Assembly (NCBI GenBank): GCA_043719805.1
Contig: JAYSTI010000001.1
Span: 80,230-144,229, forward strand
Source of the DNA: Candidatus Lloydbacteria bacterium
GTDB lineage: Bacteria > Patescibacteriota > Minisyncoccia > Phycocordibacterales > UBA6899
DNA: 64,000 nt
Reading direction: 5' to 3'
Part shown: positions 1-9,643 of the stretch, in pieces
Position numbering within the stretch: the stretch's first letter is position 1
Layout of the letters: each line of letters starts with the position of its first letter
The notes under the pieces: generated by a model
What the model was told of the DNA's origin: nothing
The model's input: the letters and a program-made list of their open reading frames with translations, nothing else
Database searches by the model: none
Program-made: the position numbers and the translations under genes

Positions 1-73
1 CAAACCTCCTAATGAACAAACTGCACTCAATCCTACCAATATTCTTGTTCACGTAAAGTAGCGACAACGTATT

Positions 74-100
74 AAAAAACACCGACTATCGCGGTGTTGC
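74..100 (-). terminator. Rho-independent terminator downstream of CDS 120..401
   Basis: 7-bp stem aacaccg/cggtgtt preceded by an A-run on the + strand, which is a T-run in minus orientation. Confidence 0.4.
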
Positions 101-119
101 ATGGTGCCGACAAAACGTC

Positions 120-401
120 CTAGTGATGTGTCCTCATATGCTCAAAGTAAAACTTCTCAAGCTCGGGAGCATGGCGCTTCCTACAAACACCCAGAACAAA
201 ATTCTCGAATGCCTTGCGTCCATGTATCATCGCTCCCGTGAGGATACTGTTTCCCTGCACACCCTTTATTTCTCGGTCGATTCGTGCAAGTATCTCGCGC
301 GCGGCATCACGCAACTCTACATCGCCTGCGCCACTCTGATATGCAGCCTTGAATGCGTCGATGAGCCCCCTTGTCTTCGTAGTCTCCCTCATGATGTCCA
401 T
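120..401 (-). CDS. small helical hypothetical protein (93 aa), paralog of CDS 523..807
   Basis: ORF in same orientation as neighbours; protein aligns over full length with the adjacent 94-aa ORF (GAGDVELRDAAREILARIDREIKG vs GASDEQLCSRGTEIYERLEKDRALAG). Confidence 0.45.
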   Translation of the reverse strand: MDIMRETTKTRGLIDAFKAAYQSGAGDVELRDAAREILARIDREIKGVQGNSILTGAMIHGRKAFENFVLGVCRKRHAPELEKFYFEHMRTHH

Positions 402-522
402 GAACTTCTCCTAATCGTGCGACACTATGTAAATCCTACCAATTACCGCGCAGGTGTAAAGGCGCATCGTCGCAAAAAACACCTCACAATCGTGCGGTGT
501 CTTCCATGAATCACGAATGCAA

Positions 523-807
523 TCACTTTTTCTTATTGTTGCGCGCTACTCTGCCGGCGACAAATGCGTCATATGCATCGAGCGCTTTTGAATGGCGACC
601 ATCGCGAATCTGCTTGATGATCTTTTCGAAGACCCGTTGCTCTACATCGATGACGCCTTTCCTCCTTGCGTCATTCCCTGCAAGTGCACGGTCCTTTTCG
701 AGGCGCTCGTATATCTCTGTGCCACGACTGCACAACTGTTCATCGCTCGCGCCGCCGATGTACATTCTTCGCATATCGATGATGAGCTCGACCGTGGATG
801 GTTCCAT
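523..807 (-). CDS. small helical hypothetical protein (94 aa), tandem paralog of CDS 120..401
   Basis: Full-length similarity to the neighbouring ORF; charged helical composition; same strand as the upstream membrane protein gene. Confidence 0.45.
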   Translation of the reverse strand: MEPSTVELIIDMRRMYIGGASDEQLCSRGTEIYERLEKDRALAGNDARRKGVIDVEQRVFEKIIKQIRDGRHSKALDAYDAFVAGRVARNNKKK

Positions 808-947
808 TACTTCTCCCCTCCTGCAATGTGCGGATACTCATTTCATGTTACCAATCCCACCATCAATGTAAAGGCGGCCGGTATGTGCTTTGTCGGCATA
901 CAAAAAACCACATTCACTTGAATGCGGTTGCGCTTTCGATGCTTGCC

Positions 948-1688
948 TTATCCGACAAGGGCTTTGTTGAGGCGATGCTGCCGCCACATGACAAAAAGAA
1001 AAACAAAACTCGGGATGATGTACCCTTCGAGCCTTGGACCACTCCCCCCAAAGACCGAATTGCCCCTGACGTCGCTTTGGAATTGCACGTACCCCGCGAT
1101 TCCAAAGGAGAGCGCGAAGAGTGAATTCCAGAGCCATGTGCGGAGCAGATATCGTTTCATCGCGGCAACAGGACGGCCGTAAAAGAATCTGCATAGGATG
1201 TTGTGCACGAGAACGTAAAGCAAGCCCCACGTCATCGCAACGAGACAGGCGCCAAGCATGGCTCCAAGTAAACCGAGTTTGCCCTGCGTGCCACCCGAGA
1301 CGTGTACGTCGGCGAGTGCGCCGTACAGAGCGGAGATAGGCCAGCGATATTCGTCTCCGGAGCCAAGTTGGGCGAAGATCGCACTTACGGTATTTCCACC
1401 GATGAACCATCCGAGGAAAACACTGCTTGCCATGAACGAAGCAAGTAGTGCGGCATAAAGCCCGAACGCCGGAAGCAGCTTGAGGAACGGTCCCGAAATT
1501 CGCAGTCGCCCGCCACTCGGCTTTCTCTGTGCGTCTTGTTCGCGCTGATAGGCAGCTGCGCCTTCTTGTGCGAGCCTGCCGACATCAACGCCATCGTATC
1601 GAGAGACCGCTTCGCGAACGTTGTCCGTTGCCGCAATCCACGCCTCGTCGGTCATTCGCGGAATCTTTTCAACATCGTTTCCAGACAT
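948..1688 (-). CDS. polytopic membrane protein (246 aa), function unknown
   Basis: Long ORF with several hydrophobic segments (LLPAFGLYAALLASFMASSVFLGWFIGG, LLGAMLGACLVAMTWGLLYVLV). Confidence 0.55.
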   Translation of the reverse strand: MSGNDVEKIPRMTDEAWIAATDNVREAVSRYDGVDVGRLAQEGAAAYQREQDAQRKPSGGRLRISGPFLKLLPAFGLYAALLASFMASSVFLGWFIGGNTVSAIFAQLGSGDEYRWPISALYGALADVHVSGGTQGKLGLLGAMLGACLVAMTWGLLYVLVHNILCRFFYGRPVAAMKRYLLRTWLWNSLFALSFGIAGYVQFQSDVRGNSVFGGSGPRLEGYIIPSFVFLFVMWRQHRLNKALVG

Positions 1689-1744
1689 ATCAACTCCCAG
1701 TGAACACCTGAGTGCATACTACCCGTGAAAGTCTTTTCGTCAAC

Positions 1745-1779
1745 AAAAAACCACGCGCATCGTGCGCATGGTTTTTTAG
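1745..1779 (-). terminator. intrinsic terminator (hairpin aaccacgcgca-tcg-tgcgcatggtt plus T-run) for CDS 1813..4293
   Basis: GC-rich inverted repeat flanked by A-run and T-run; near-identical copy at 4356..4388. Confidence 0.6.
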
Positions 1780-1812
1780 ATATTCATATTTATAACGTTT
1801 CATTAATCTTGT

Positions 1813-4293
1813 CTAGAATCCCAAAAATCCGCCATATTGATTTGACGTAGACTTCATTTTCCCCGGACCGAGCGGGTTGTTGCCTTCGCTCACCTCTTCG
1901 CCGTCACTATAACTATCTCCGTCGGAATCCTTCTTGCTTGGATTCGTTCCAATATAGACCTCTATGGCATCAGCGAGTGTATCACCGTCCTTATCTACGG
2001 CAGACTGCTTCTTTGCCTCGAGAGACTTCTCGTCCTTGTTTGCCGTATTCACTCCATTCACGAGATGCAACACGAATTTCTTCTTGGACATTCCGTTCGT
2101 CTCCGAAGCCGAATAATCGTAGTCAGCACTGAAGATAGCATACGTGTTTATTCCGTCACGGTACGGAGGAAGATTCACGGAATACTGAAGTGTGTAATCT
2201 GTTCCTGCTCTCTGATAGCCAAATGTTTTCTGTGTGACTACGTCGAGCGGAAGACTCTTCAAAAGTGGCGTCAATCCAATCCGGGTCTCAAAGTCGCTAG
2301 CCCCGACACCTCGGTAGGCGGGCACTACAGATCCTTCTTGTCCTGCGGGCTTTTTGGGGATATCTTTGCGATTTTTCGTAAGATCGTCGAGAGATTCCGG
2401 ATACACACCCGCACTTTGCTCATAATCTCCAAGTGCATTGCGAACACTTTCCACGTTGGACACTTGTCGCTCAAGTTGCAGTTCTTCCCTTGTTTTTCCT
2501 GAAAGCTCCATCATAAGCCCATCAAATGATATTGCGCCCTCGGGGGCTACCACCTTTACGGGAACGTTGATGTTTTTGAGTGACGCAGTGAGCGTGAGTT
2601 CAAATTGCTTTCCTTTCATGTTGATCACTTCATCACTCGGAATAACGCGCATGCGATACGCAATTTTCACGGGAAATCCCGCTTCGTCAGTCCAAACGGA
2701 AAATGTATTATTCTCTGCAAGGTAGTCAAACGATGTAGCAAATTCCTCACTCTCCAAATAGTCCACTAGGGACTGCTCAAATTTGAATATCCCACTTGAT
2801 GCAGTCGAAGTAGACGCCTCAAGGAATTTGATGACTTTTTTGTAGAAAGGCGCAATCATTTTTCGGTCGATCATCAAGTGGTGAAGCTCCTGCGGTTTGG
2901 TATCGACCACAACCTTCTCTGTCGGGGCGCTTTCGATAAGCACTTTCTCTTCGTCCGCTATTTGCAAAATGACATTCATCCCCTCAAAGAGTTTCCTTTT
3001 TGCTTCTTCCTGTTTGCTTTTTTCGCTCGGTAGATAGTCCGCCATATTCTCGAGATATCCGCTCTCACGCAAGTCCGCTTCGGTGATTCTTATCCACTTC
3101 CCCTTGATCTTCCCTACTGCTCCGAAAAGTTCAGGGCTTTTGTTGAGGCGGCCAAAATATGCTTCGGCCTTCTTGAGCATTTCCGCATCAAAGCTCATGC
3201 TCGCATCACCCATAGAGCCGCTTGCTTCAATTTTGAATTGCCCGTCGGGAAGCGCATCCTCCTCCTGACGAGTAAACGTGCCAAAAAGTGCAAGGTGACC
3301 CGAAAGTTCGGTGGGCATATACTGCATCATACTTTCATAGTCCGCCATCCCAAAAAGTGACGGTGCTTTGGGTTTGCCCTTAAAACTATATGCTGAAAAA
3401 TAGGTAAGTTCACTCTCTGTAAAACTCACGGTGAACTTCTTGTCTCCATTTTTCTCGGAGCGTGATGCAACTTCATATGCCTCACGTGTTTCAAAGGTGA
3501 CCGAGAGAGTGAAGTCTTTTTTGTCCGGACTCCGTACGTACACATAAGGATCGCCTTGAGGGTCCTTCGCTGGGACATTGGGGAGTGACGCGAGATTATC
3601 GGGATACTCAAAGGGCGCAACCGGCTTTGGTACAAATTTTTTCAGCTTCTGGTCGTAAACATTGCCTCCGTACAAGTCATTCTTGGGCATGGCGTTTTTT
3701 ATCTTCTCGATATCGCGAAAGCGGTCTTGGTCGCGTTGGTATGGAAGAAGTGCGCTCGGGTCGAGGTTTTGATTTCCAAACGGCATGGCGCCAGCCTCAC
3801 GCGGCCTTACTGCGACGTCTCCCGCAAGCTCATAGGACGCTGAACGCACGTCACCGAGACGAAGGAATATTCCCGAAAGCAAACTCTTTTGGGAGATATC
3901 CGTAAGTGGCTTGCCTCCAAAAGAGAGCCAGCCCTGCATATATGCAAAAACGCTGCCTCCCCCCACAAGAAGAACAAGGACCATGACCCCTGCAACGACA
4001 AACCATTTTCGTGAGGAGGCGGCTGTGGTGCTCGGAAAAACATTGGGGGTCGGGGACGGCGTGGAAGAAGAAGCGAGAGCGGCGGCCGGGGCCACGGTTT
4101 GCACAATCGTCTCAACAATCGGTGGGGGCACGACAACCGGCGTTGCGGAAGCACCATACTCCAGCATAGCAGACGCTATCTGTTCGTCAGACCACCCCGA
4201 CGAGCGTAACGTTCCGGACAGTTGATCGACGGGGAGACCCGGATAATTCTGTCGCAAATTTTCAATATACCGCGCCTGTTCTTCGTTGAGCAT
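1813..4293 (-). CDS. large membrane-anchored surface protein (826 aa) with C-terminal Asp-rich calcium-binding-like repeats
   Basis: N-terminal cytoplasmic segment, one TM helix (WFVVAGVMVLVLLVGGGSVFAY), large extracytoplasmic domain, C-terminal DKDGDTLADAIE...DSDGDSYSDGEE motifs resembling thrombospondin type-3 repeats. Confidence 0.7.
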   Translation of the reverse strand: MLNEEQARYIENLRQNYPGLPVDQLSGTLRSSGWSDEQIASAMLEYGASATPVVVPPPIVETIVQTVAPAAALASSSTPSPTPNVFPSTTAASSRKWFVVAGVMVLVLLVGGGSVFAYMQGWLSFGGKPLTDISQKSLLSGIFLRLGDVRSASYELAGDVAVRPREAGAMPFGNQNLDPSALLPYQRDQDRFRDIEKIKNAMPKNDLYGGNVYDQKLKKFVPKPVAPFEYPDNLASLPNVPAKDPQGDPYVYVRSPDKKDFTLSVTFETREAYEVASRSEKNGDKKFTVSFTESELTYFSAYSFKGKPKAPSLFGMADYESMMQYMPTELSGHLALFGTFTRQEEDALPDGQFKIEASGSMGDASMSFDAEMLKKAEAYFGRLNKSPELFGAVGKIKGKWIRITEADLRESGYLENMADYLPSEKSKQEEAKRKLFEGMNVILQIADEEKVLIESAPTEKVVVDTKPQELHHLMIDRKMIAPFYKKVIKFLEASTSTASSGIFKFEQSLVDYLESEEFATSFDYLAENNTFSVWTDEAGFPVKIAYRMRVIPSDEVINMKGKQFELTLTASLKNINVPVKVVAPEGAISFDGLMMELSGKTREELQLERQVSNVESVRNALGDYEQSAGVYPESLDDLTKNRKDIPKKPAGQEGSVVPAYRGVGASDFETRIGLTPLLKSLPLDVVTQKTFGYQRAGTDYTLQYSVNLPPYRDGINTYAIFSADYDYSASETNGMSKKKFVLHLVNGVNTANKDEKSLEAKKQSAVDKDGDTLADAIEVYIGTNPSKKDSDGDSYSDGEEVSEGNNPLGPGKMKSTSNQYGGFLGF

Positions 4294-4355
4294 ATAAAGT
4301 AGGGAGTAATAATATCTTTAGTATATCAAATAGGCCCATTCTGTCCCAGAGAAAC

Positions 4356-4388
4356 AAAAACCACGCGCTTCATGCGCGTGGTTTTTTG
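4356..4388 (-). terminator. intrinsic terminator for the KH-domain gene, near-identical in sequence to the terminator at 1745..1779
   Basis: aaaaaccacgcgcttcatgcgcgtggttttttg, perfect 10-bp stem with flanking A/T runs. Confidence 0.6.
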
Positions 4389-4447
4389 TTGAAATTCAAA
4401 ACTTTCATAATTTGGATGCACATCGCAGTGCGCCAAATTGAAGAGTT

Positions 4448-4807
4448 TTATAGCTTGAGATCGGCGATGACATCGTCAACATCCTGATGAAGCACTCCTC
4501 CTGCCATACTGACGCCCAATCCCTCACCTGCGGCACTTGGTGCGCGCTTGCCACCTTCAGGCTCGTTGATCTTCAGGTTGACGCGTGCGTTATTCTTCAT
4601 TCCGACAACGCGGAGCAATGTGCGAATAGCCTTTGCGGTATTGCCCATGCGGCCGATTACTTTTCCCATGTCCTCAGGGTCGATATCAAGTGTAAGAAGT
4701 ACTCCCATGTCGTCGGTGCGACGATCGACGACGACCTTCTCAGGTTTGTCGACGAGGGACTTTACGAGAAACTCAAGAAATTCTTTGTCGCTGTATGTTT
4801 CAGCCAT
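4448..4807 (-). CDS. KH-domain RNA-binding protein (YlqC/KhpA-like, 119 aa)
   Basis: Motif VIGRMGNTAKAIRTLL typical of the rpsP-associated KH protein; belongs to the rpsP gene cluster. Confidence 0.8.
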   Translation of the reverse strand: MAETYSDKEFLEFLVKSLVDKPEKVVVDRRTDDMGVLLTLDIDPEDMGKVIGRMGNTAKAIRTLLRVVGMKNNARVNLKINEPEGGKRAPSAAGEGLGVSMAGGVLHQDVDDVIADLKL

Positions 4808-5074
4808 AACGTTAATCTTACATCAATAAAGTTGGATTTCAGAAATGGAAGAAATTCAAGGCGTGGGGAGGGCGACGAGGAAGGCATATTCAAATATGTC
4901 GACCGAGTTGCCGGGGTCCCACAACGAGGAAGTTCACCATTTATGGAAGTCCAACGAAAGAATCGCGAGAGAGGTGGACTAAACCCATCTGCTTACACTC
5001 TACTATAAAGCAACCATATTATTCGTCAATTCACAGGACAATAAAAAACCACCCAAGGGGGCGGCTCGCAATAA

Positions 5075-5485
5075 TCAGGAATTGTCCGACACGCTTGCGC
5101 GAAGAATGTACGACCCCACAACACGTCCGTCTGCAGACACGTCGGCAAGGAGACACAGCATGAAACCCGCGGAAAGAGTTTCGTTGATGAGATTCGCCTC
5201 CCGTACGTTTGTGCCAAGTTCGTGCACAATCAGGCCGTGGAGCTCGCTCATGCCCAATCCGCCGTCTTCGAGTGCAAGCTGCATCATCTCCTCACGACTC
5301 CACTCGGCCGAACAGTAGACGCGGGCAAGGAAGCCGACTGATGCATCAGCATAGACCGGTTCGATCACAACGCTACTTCCAGAGAGGAGCTTCCTCTTCA
5401 CGAAAAGCAGCTGCGGACTCGACTCGGTAAACAAGAATGGCTCCCACAATTCGGGGACCGGCGATTCTCTCAGATTCATGTCCAT
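5075..5485 (-). CDS. hypothetical protein (136 aa)
   Basis: ORF with GGAGGATG ribosome-binding site immediately upstream of the ATG; same strand operon context. Confidence 0.5.
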   Translation of the reverse strand: MDMNLRESPVPELWEPFLFTESSPQLLFVKRKLLSGSSVVIEPVYADASVGFLARVYCSAEWSREEMMQLALEDGGLGMSELHGLIVHELGTNVREANLINETLSAGFMLCLLADVSADGRVVGSYILRASVSDNS

Positions 5486-5575
5486 AACATCCTCCGCTGT
5501 TTCAATTACTCTGTCTTTACGTTACAGGATGAGCGCAAAACGTCAAACATATTGCTGGATGCCAAAGCAGGAAAC

Positions 5576-7924
5576 TCAATATGGGGACGAGTCAAGGTCT
5601 TTGACGTCAAACGGCTTGGGTATCACGGTCCCGGCCCCCACAATTTCTTTTCCACGAAAATACGTCTTTGCGTAAACAGGTTTTTCAAAGTCACGATATT
5701 TTATTTGAAATGAAAGCTTTCCATCGGCTTTTCTCTGAAGGGAAAGTATTTCTATATTGGTGTCGTTGTCCGGCGCAGTCACTTCGCCGGTGACATTTCC
5801 GGATAGCTTTTCTGCGATACCGCCTTCGATGCCTGTTGAGCAAGACTCGAAATAGATTGGTGCACCGTCTTCAAGAATGAGTGACGACCTATCCGGCCCG
5901 ACGCCCAAAAATTCCGCGTCGATCTTTCCTTCTGCACCCTCTCCCATTCTAGTAGAATCTTTTTCCCCATGACCACGCACACCAATGAAACTCATTTTTC
6001 TTCCGTTTGTCTCAACGATGTAAAGTAGTCGTTGCGCTGCCTCAATCTGACTTCCCGCCTCAGCAACGCGGAGTTTGATTCCTTGCGCCTTTGCCTCTCG
6101 ATGAAGCTCGTCAATTTTTTCGGTCCCGTTGAATACACCGTTTGTGTCATCGAGTGCCGATATTGCCGTACCGTACTCATCTGCGGCCTCCTTGTTTGTC
6201 GCAAGTTGGTCGAGCAATATTTCTTTGCTGTAACGCCCCGGATGATAAATGCCGTACTTGCCGGTGAGCCTCTCCATGCTACCGGGGTGCCCAGTTTCAA
6301 GGTCAACAATCCTTCGTGTATTCTGTGACATCACCCCGTTGCGCGTACCCTGCCAATCCGGCCTCTTCCATAGCTCAAGATAGCGCTCCGGCGGCAGACC
6401 ATACGACTGGAGCAATGCAGTCGAGACAGTTTCTCCACCCTTCCCCATGGCAAGATAAGTCGGGTCTTCGTATATTTTTTTGTCTAACCCATTCTTACCC
6501 TTCTCCTTATCGTTAAACACCGTTGAGAGTAGCCGCAGATCAAAATTCCCTTCGCGAATTTTCTTTACAAGCAGATCTGTCCCCTCCTTGTGCCCCGATT
6601 GCGCCAAGAATGCGAGAAGCTGGACCTGCTCGAACGAATGCATGTCGTTCCGTGCAAAATTTTGTTGGAGCAGTGGACTGAGACCGGCAAAGACTTCGTT
6701 GGCGATGGAAGGAACCGATGCAAGAAATTTTGCGTCGCCATGTTCATCTGCGAGCAACATGGAGTTGTCGACATGCTCATTATAGAGAGACGCCATGTCC
6801 ATGACTGCCCTCGAATTTCTTGACGCAGATGTGCCGATCACCCCCGCTTGCATATCCGTGTGCATTTCTTCAATTGTGTGATGTGCAATAGTGATGGCTT
6901 TTTTCGCATTTTCAACAAATGCATTTAGCGCATCGGAATTCGTACGCACCAACTCTCCCATCTCCTCACTAAAATCAAAGTTCCGAATTGCATTCAATGC
7001 ATTCATTGATTCGAGAAACTGAGGATCATCCATAATCTGCTTACGCAGTTCTTTGGGATATGTGCCGAGCATCGCTTGTATATCAGCAAATGCTTTGTCG
7101 AGAACCGCACTTTCCACTGCAACCGGAACCTTCTTCGAATTATCGTCACGAGGAGCATAAAATGCGCGATAATCTTTGAGTGTAGCAATAGACTGGCTCG
7201 AGCGATGCTCTTCATGCCAACTCTTCCGAATAACCTCACGTGCCTCGTGTTCTTCGTCCGACTTGCGCGCCTCAGGAGTTTCAATGACATCTTCAACAAT
7301 CATGAACCCCGAAATATCATCGGGTCTTACCTCTTCGCGCGGCGCCGATGTTGCAACAGGTTCATTTTCACGCATGGTTTCCGCAACCGCTTCAGGGGTG
7401 ACGCGCTCTTCCGTCACAAAGGTTGGAGTAGTCTTCACCTCGAGTATTGGTGCCGGAGAGACCATTTCTGCTACCACCTCATCTTGTGTCTTCACTTCGG
7501 GGGCCTCTGCATTCGGAATGTTCCCCGCAACGCCGATAATCGCCGCCGCGGCAACAACATTCACGTCACGCCTCATGCTTCCGCTCGCGCGCGAAAGCAC
7601 TTCGGTAATCCTGTTTTTTGCCTCAGTCGCAATTTCGGATATTTGTCTTCCCACATCACGAACCCTCTCCACAAATCCCATGTCCCCCTCCACGCGAGCG
7701 ACCTCCGCCTCCGTTACGCCAAGAGCTTCCGGAATCGAATCGTGTAGCTTCTCTGCCTCGGCCTCGATAGTCACCACCTGCCCCTCGATTGCAGCGACGG
7801 CAGAGAGAGCGGCCGTTTCCGGGTCTTCCGCTCCGACCTCTCTTCTCTCATCCTCTGCCGTCTCGGGCGACAATACTTCCGATGAGGGGATTATTTCTTC
7901 AGTTTCGTTATGTTTTGGTGGCAT
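5576..7924 (-). CDS. large hypothetical protein (about 782 aa; ORF-track start at 7948 is a TTG)
   Basis: Long uninterrupted ORF, acidic N-terminal region, no TM segments, no recognisable catalytic motif; first ATG at 7924. Confidence 0.7.
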   Translation of the reverse strand: MPPKHNETEEIIPSSEVLSPETAEDERREVGAEDPETAALSAVAAIEGQVVTIEAEAEKLHDSIPEALGVTEAEVARVEGDMGFVERVRDVGRQISEIATEAKNRITEVLSRASGSMRRDVNVVAAAAIIGVAGNIPNAEAPEVKTQDEVVAEMVSPAPILEVKTTPTFVTEERVTPEAVAETMRENEPVATSAPREEVRPDDISGFMIVEDVIETPEARKSDEEHEAREVIRKSWHEEHRSSQSIATLKDYRAFYAPRDDNSKKVPVAVESAVLDKAFADIQAMLGTYPKELRKQIMDDPQFLESMNALNAIRNFDFSEEMGELVRTNSDALNAFVENAKKAITIAHHTIEEMHTDMQAGVIGTSASRNSRAVMDMASLYNEHVDNSMLLADEHGDAKFLASVPSIANEVFAGLSPLLQQNFARNDMHSFEQVQLLAFLAQSGHKEGTDLLVKKIREGNFDLRLLSTVFNDKEKGKNGLDKKIYEDPTYLAMGKGGETVSTALLQSYGLPPERYLELWKRPDWQGTRNGVMSQNTRRIVDLETGHPGSMERLTGKYGIYHPGRYSKEILLDQLATNKEAADEYGTAISALDDTNGVFNGTEKIDELHREAKAQGIKLRVAEAGSQIEAAQRLLYIVETNGRKMSFIGVRGHGEKDSTRMGEGAEGKIDAEFLGVGPDRSSLILEDGAPIYFESCSTGIEGGIAEKLSGNVTGEVTAPDNDTNIEILSLQRKADGKLSFQIKYRDFEKPVYAKTYFRGKEIVGAGTVIPKPFDVKDLDSSPY

Positions 7925-8099
7925 GTATTTGTTGTGCAATATTTGCAATGCGTAATTCCGTCAAATGCGCGCGATATTCGTCAAATATTTTATTTTGTTC
8001 TTCATGGAGTGCCTCGATGCGCGAACGTGCATCGCGAAGTATGCGCTCAATCTCACCGAGTGTCTCTTCCGATGAAAGTGATGCGGACATTACTCCCAT
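7908..8099 (-). CDS. small coiled-coil protein (63 aa)
   Basis: ATG at 8099 inside the longer ORF-track entry; heptad-like sequence EIERILRDARSRIEALHEEQNKIFDEYRAHLTELRIANIAQQI; stop overlaps the start of the next gene. Confidence 0.4.
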   Translation of the reverse strand: MGVMSASLSSEETLGEIERILRDARSRIEALHEEQNKIFDEYRAHLTELRIANIAQQIHATKT

Positions 8100-8127
8100 G
8101 GTACAAAAATGCACTCTCTGTTGCAAA

Positions 8128-8158
8128 CAAAAAACGAGCGGTGTTGCTCGTTTTTTTT
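8128..8158. terminator. bidirectional intrinsic terminator downstream of rpsP
   Basis: acgagcg-gtgt-tgctcgt hairpin flanked by A6 and T8. Confidence 0.5.
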
Positions 8159-8175
8159 GTTTATTGTTTTTAGGT

Positions 8176-8577
8176 CTACGCGGCAGGAGTCTCTGTTGCA
8201 ACAGCGGGCTCTTCGGCCTTTGCCTCTGCAGCCGGGGCTTCAACTTTTGCGACTACGGGAGCCGCCTTCTTTGGCTCCTCCTTTGGAACCTCTTTCACGA
8301 CGGGTGTCTTCGAGTTAAGGGCGTTGACCTTCTTTCCCGGAATAATCTTCGCATCAACCAAGAGGTTGTGTACGGTGTCGGATGGCTGTGCGCCCTGACC
8401 GATCCAGTACTTCACACGCTCTCCGTCAATCTGAGGAGTTCCCTTTCGTGCATCATAAAATCCGACAAATTCTGCCACACCCCTGGTCTTCTTTGGAGAA
8501 CGACGATGATCCTGCACGATGATGCGGAATGATGGGTCGTTTTTGCGTCCAACGCGCTTAAGTCGTATAGCTAACAT
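8176..8577 (-). CDS. rpsP: 30S ribosomal protein S16 with Lys/Ala/Pro/Glu-rich C-terminal extension
   Basis: MLAIRLKRVGRKNDPSFRIIVQDHRRSPKKTRGVAEFVGFYDARKG matches the S16 N-terminus; ORF-track entry 8176..8835 begins upstream in what is likely untranslated sequence; real ATG at 8577. Confidence 0.85.
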   Translation of the reverse strand: MLAIRLKRVGRKNDPSFRIIVQDHRRSPKKTRGVAEFVGFYDARKGTPQIDGERVKYWIGQGAQPSDTVHNLLVDAKIIPGKKVNALNSKTPVVKEVPKEEPKKAAPVVAKVEAPAAEAKAEEPAVATETPAA

Positions 8578-8943
8578 GGAGAGGATACTAGCAGAGAGCG
8601 TTCCGTGAGTCAAATAACGGGACTTCCAGAAATAGCGAACTTCTTTGTTGTAGAGCTCTGCGACTCGGTCACCACATAAGAATGTGCCTTCCACCACCGG
8701 GAGTACTTCCATTTTCCTAAATGGGATGCCGCAAAGGAAAATTGGTCGCTCGTCGCCTTCTCCACGTCTCGAATTTGACCTAAAATCTCTTTGAGTCTCC
8801 GAAAACTGAGATTTGGAAATGCCCTTGTGGTGCATCCATTTCAGAAAGTCTTTAGTGAAATAAACATATTTTGACTTCGGTTGACGACTGCCAAATTATG
8901 ATTTAGGATGTTTCCTAGCTAGTTACCACGAAAGGGTACTTTC

Positions 8944-9195
8944 ATGCGCATCGCTTTTCAGGTCAATGTTCCTTGCTTTACGCCAACGGGAAATGGGGAC
9001 GAAAAAGAGACAAAGAGCTACTTTTTAATCATCCCTGCAAAACTCACGTGCATGGACGACGAGGATGATTCCAAGGAATTCGCCGAATGCGCAGCGGGAG
9101 CGGTAGCGATGGCCCGCAGAAATGCGCAAGCAGAAACCGGCAATCGTACGCGCATCGGAGCCCCATCCGTGGCTCATTTCCAGATCATCAGCTGA
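8944..9195 (+). CDS. hypothetical small protein (83 aa)
   Basis: Candidate promoter TTGACG-N17-TAGGAT upstream, AAGGG ribosome-binding site, strong terminator directly downstream. Confidence 0.45.
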   Translation: MRIAFQVNVPCFTPTGNGDEKETKSYFLIIPAKLTCMDDEDDSKEFAECAAGAVAMARRNAQAETGNRTRIGAPSVAHFQIIS

Positions 9196-9211
9196 CATCG
9201 GTCAATTGAAA

Positions 9212-9242
9212 CGCAGCAGCCGAAAAGGCTGCTGTTTTTTTG
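9212..9242 (+). terminator. intrinsic terminator
   Basis: cagcagcc-gaaaa-ggctgctg followed by T7. Confidence 0.55.
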
Positions 9243-9314
9243 TGCGACCTTGACTTCTTGTGAATTTGTGATACACTGCGGACAGGCAGATTCGCCCTTA
9301 CTGGAGTTCTTCAA

Positions 9315-9479
9315 ATGAACATTTTTGCATACTTCCTCTTCGTCGTCGGTTGCCTGTCGCTCCTGATCATGCTCGTCACGTGGCTCCACAACCCGACAAG
9401 CAAGGACATGTACCGGAGCACGGCGATGATGCCGCAAGCGTTCTTCATCGCCGCGGCCGTCGCAAAGTACCTCGCCTAG
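9315..9479 (+). CDS. putative small membrane peptide (54 aa; below the ORF-track cutoff)
   Basis: ATG..TAG ORF encoding MNIFAYFLFVVGCLSLLIMLVTWLHNPTSKDMYRSTAMMPQAFFIAAAVAKYLA with one clear TM helix. Confidence 0.35.
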   Translation: MNIFAYFLFVVGCLSLLIMLVTWLHNPTSKDMYRSTAMMPQAFFIAAAVAKYLA

Positions 9480-9493
9480 CTGAAGGAGTGCAC

Positions 9494-9643
9494 GTGGACA
9501 CAAAAGCAATCCCCGGAACCGGGAAAACGAAGGTCGTTCGTCGGTTCATGCCGAAGATGACCCGCCGCGAATTCTTGTCGTGGTGCCGACAAAACCCGCG
9601 GCGTCTTATCCGCGAACTGGTGCGCGTTACCACGGGATACTGA
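9494..9643 (+). CDS. putative small basic protein (49 aa, GTG start)
   Basis: GAAGGAG Shine-Dalgarno 7 nt upstream of a GTG; Arg/Lys-rich product; hairpin plus T-run about 20 nt downstream. Confidence 0.3.
   Translation: MDTKAIPGTGKTKVVRRFMPKMTRREFLSWCRQNPRRLIRELVRVTTGY

Noticed and set aside
123-921. + strand ORFs 123..509, 497..871 and 592..921
   Set aside because: Antisense to two paralogous minus-strand small genes in the same orientation as the operon.
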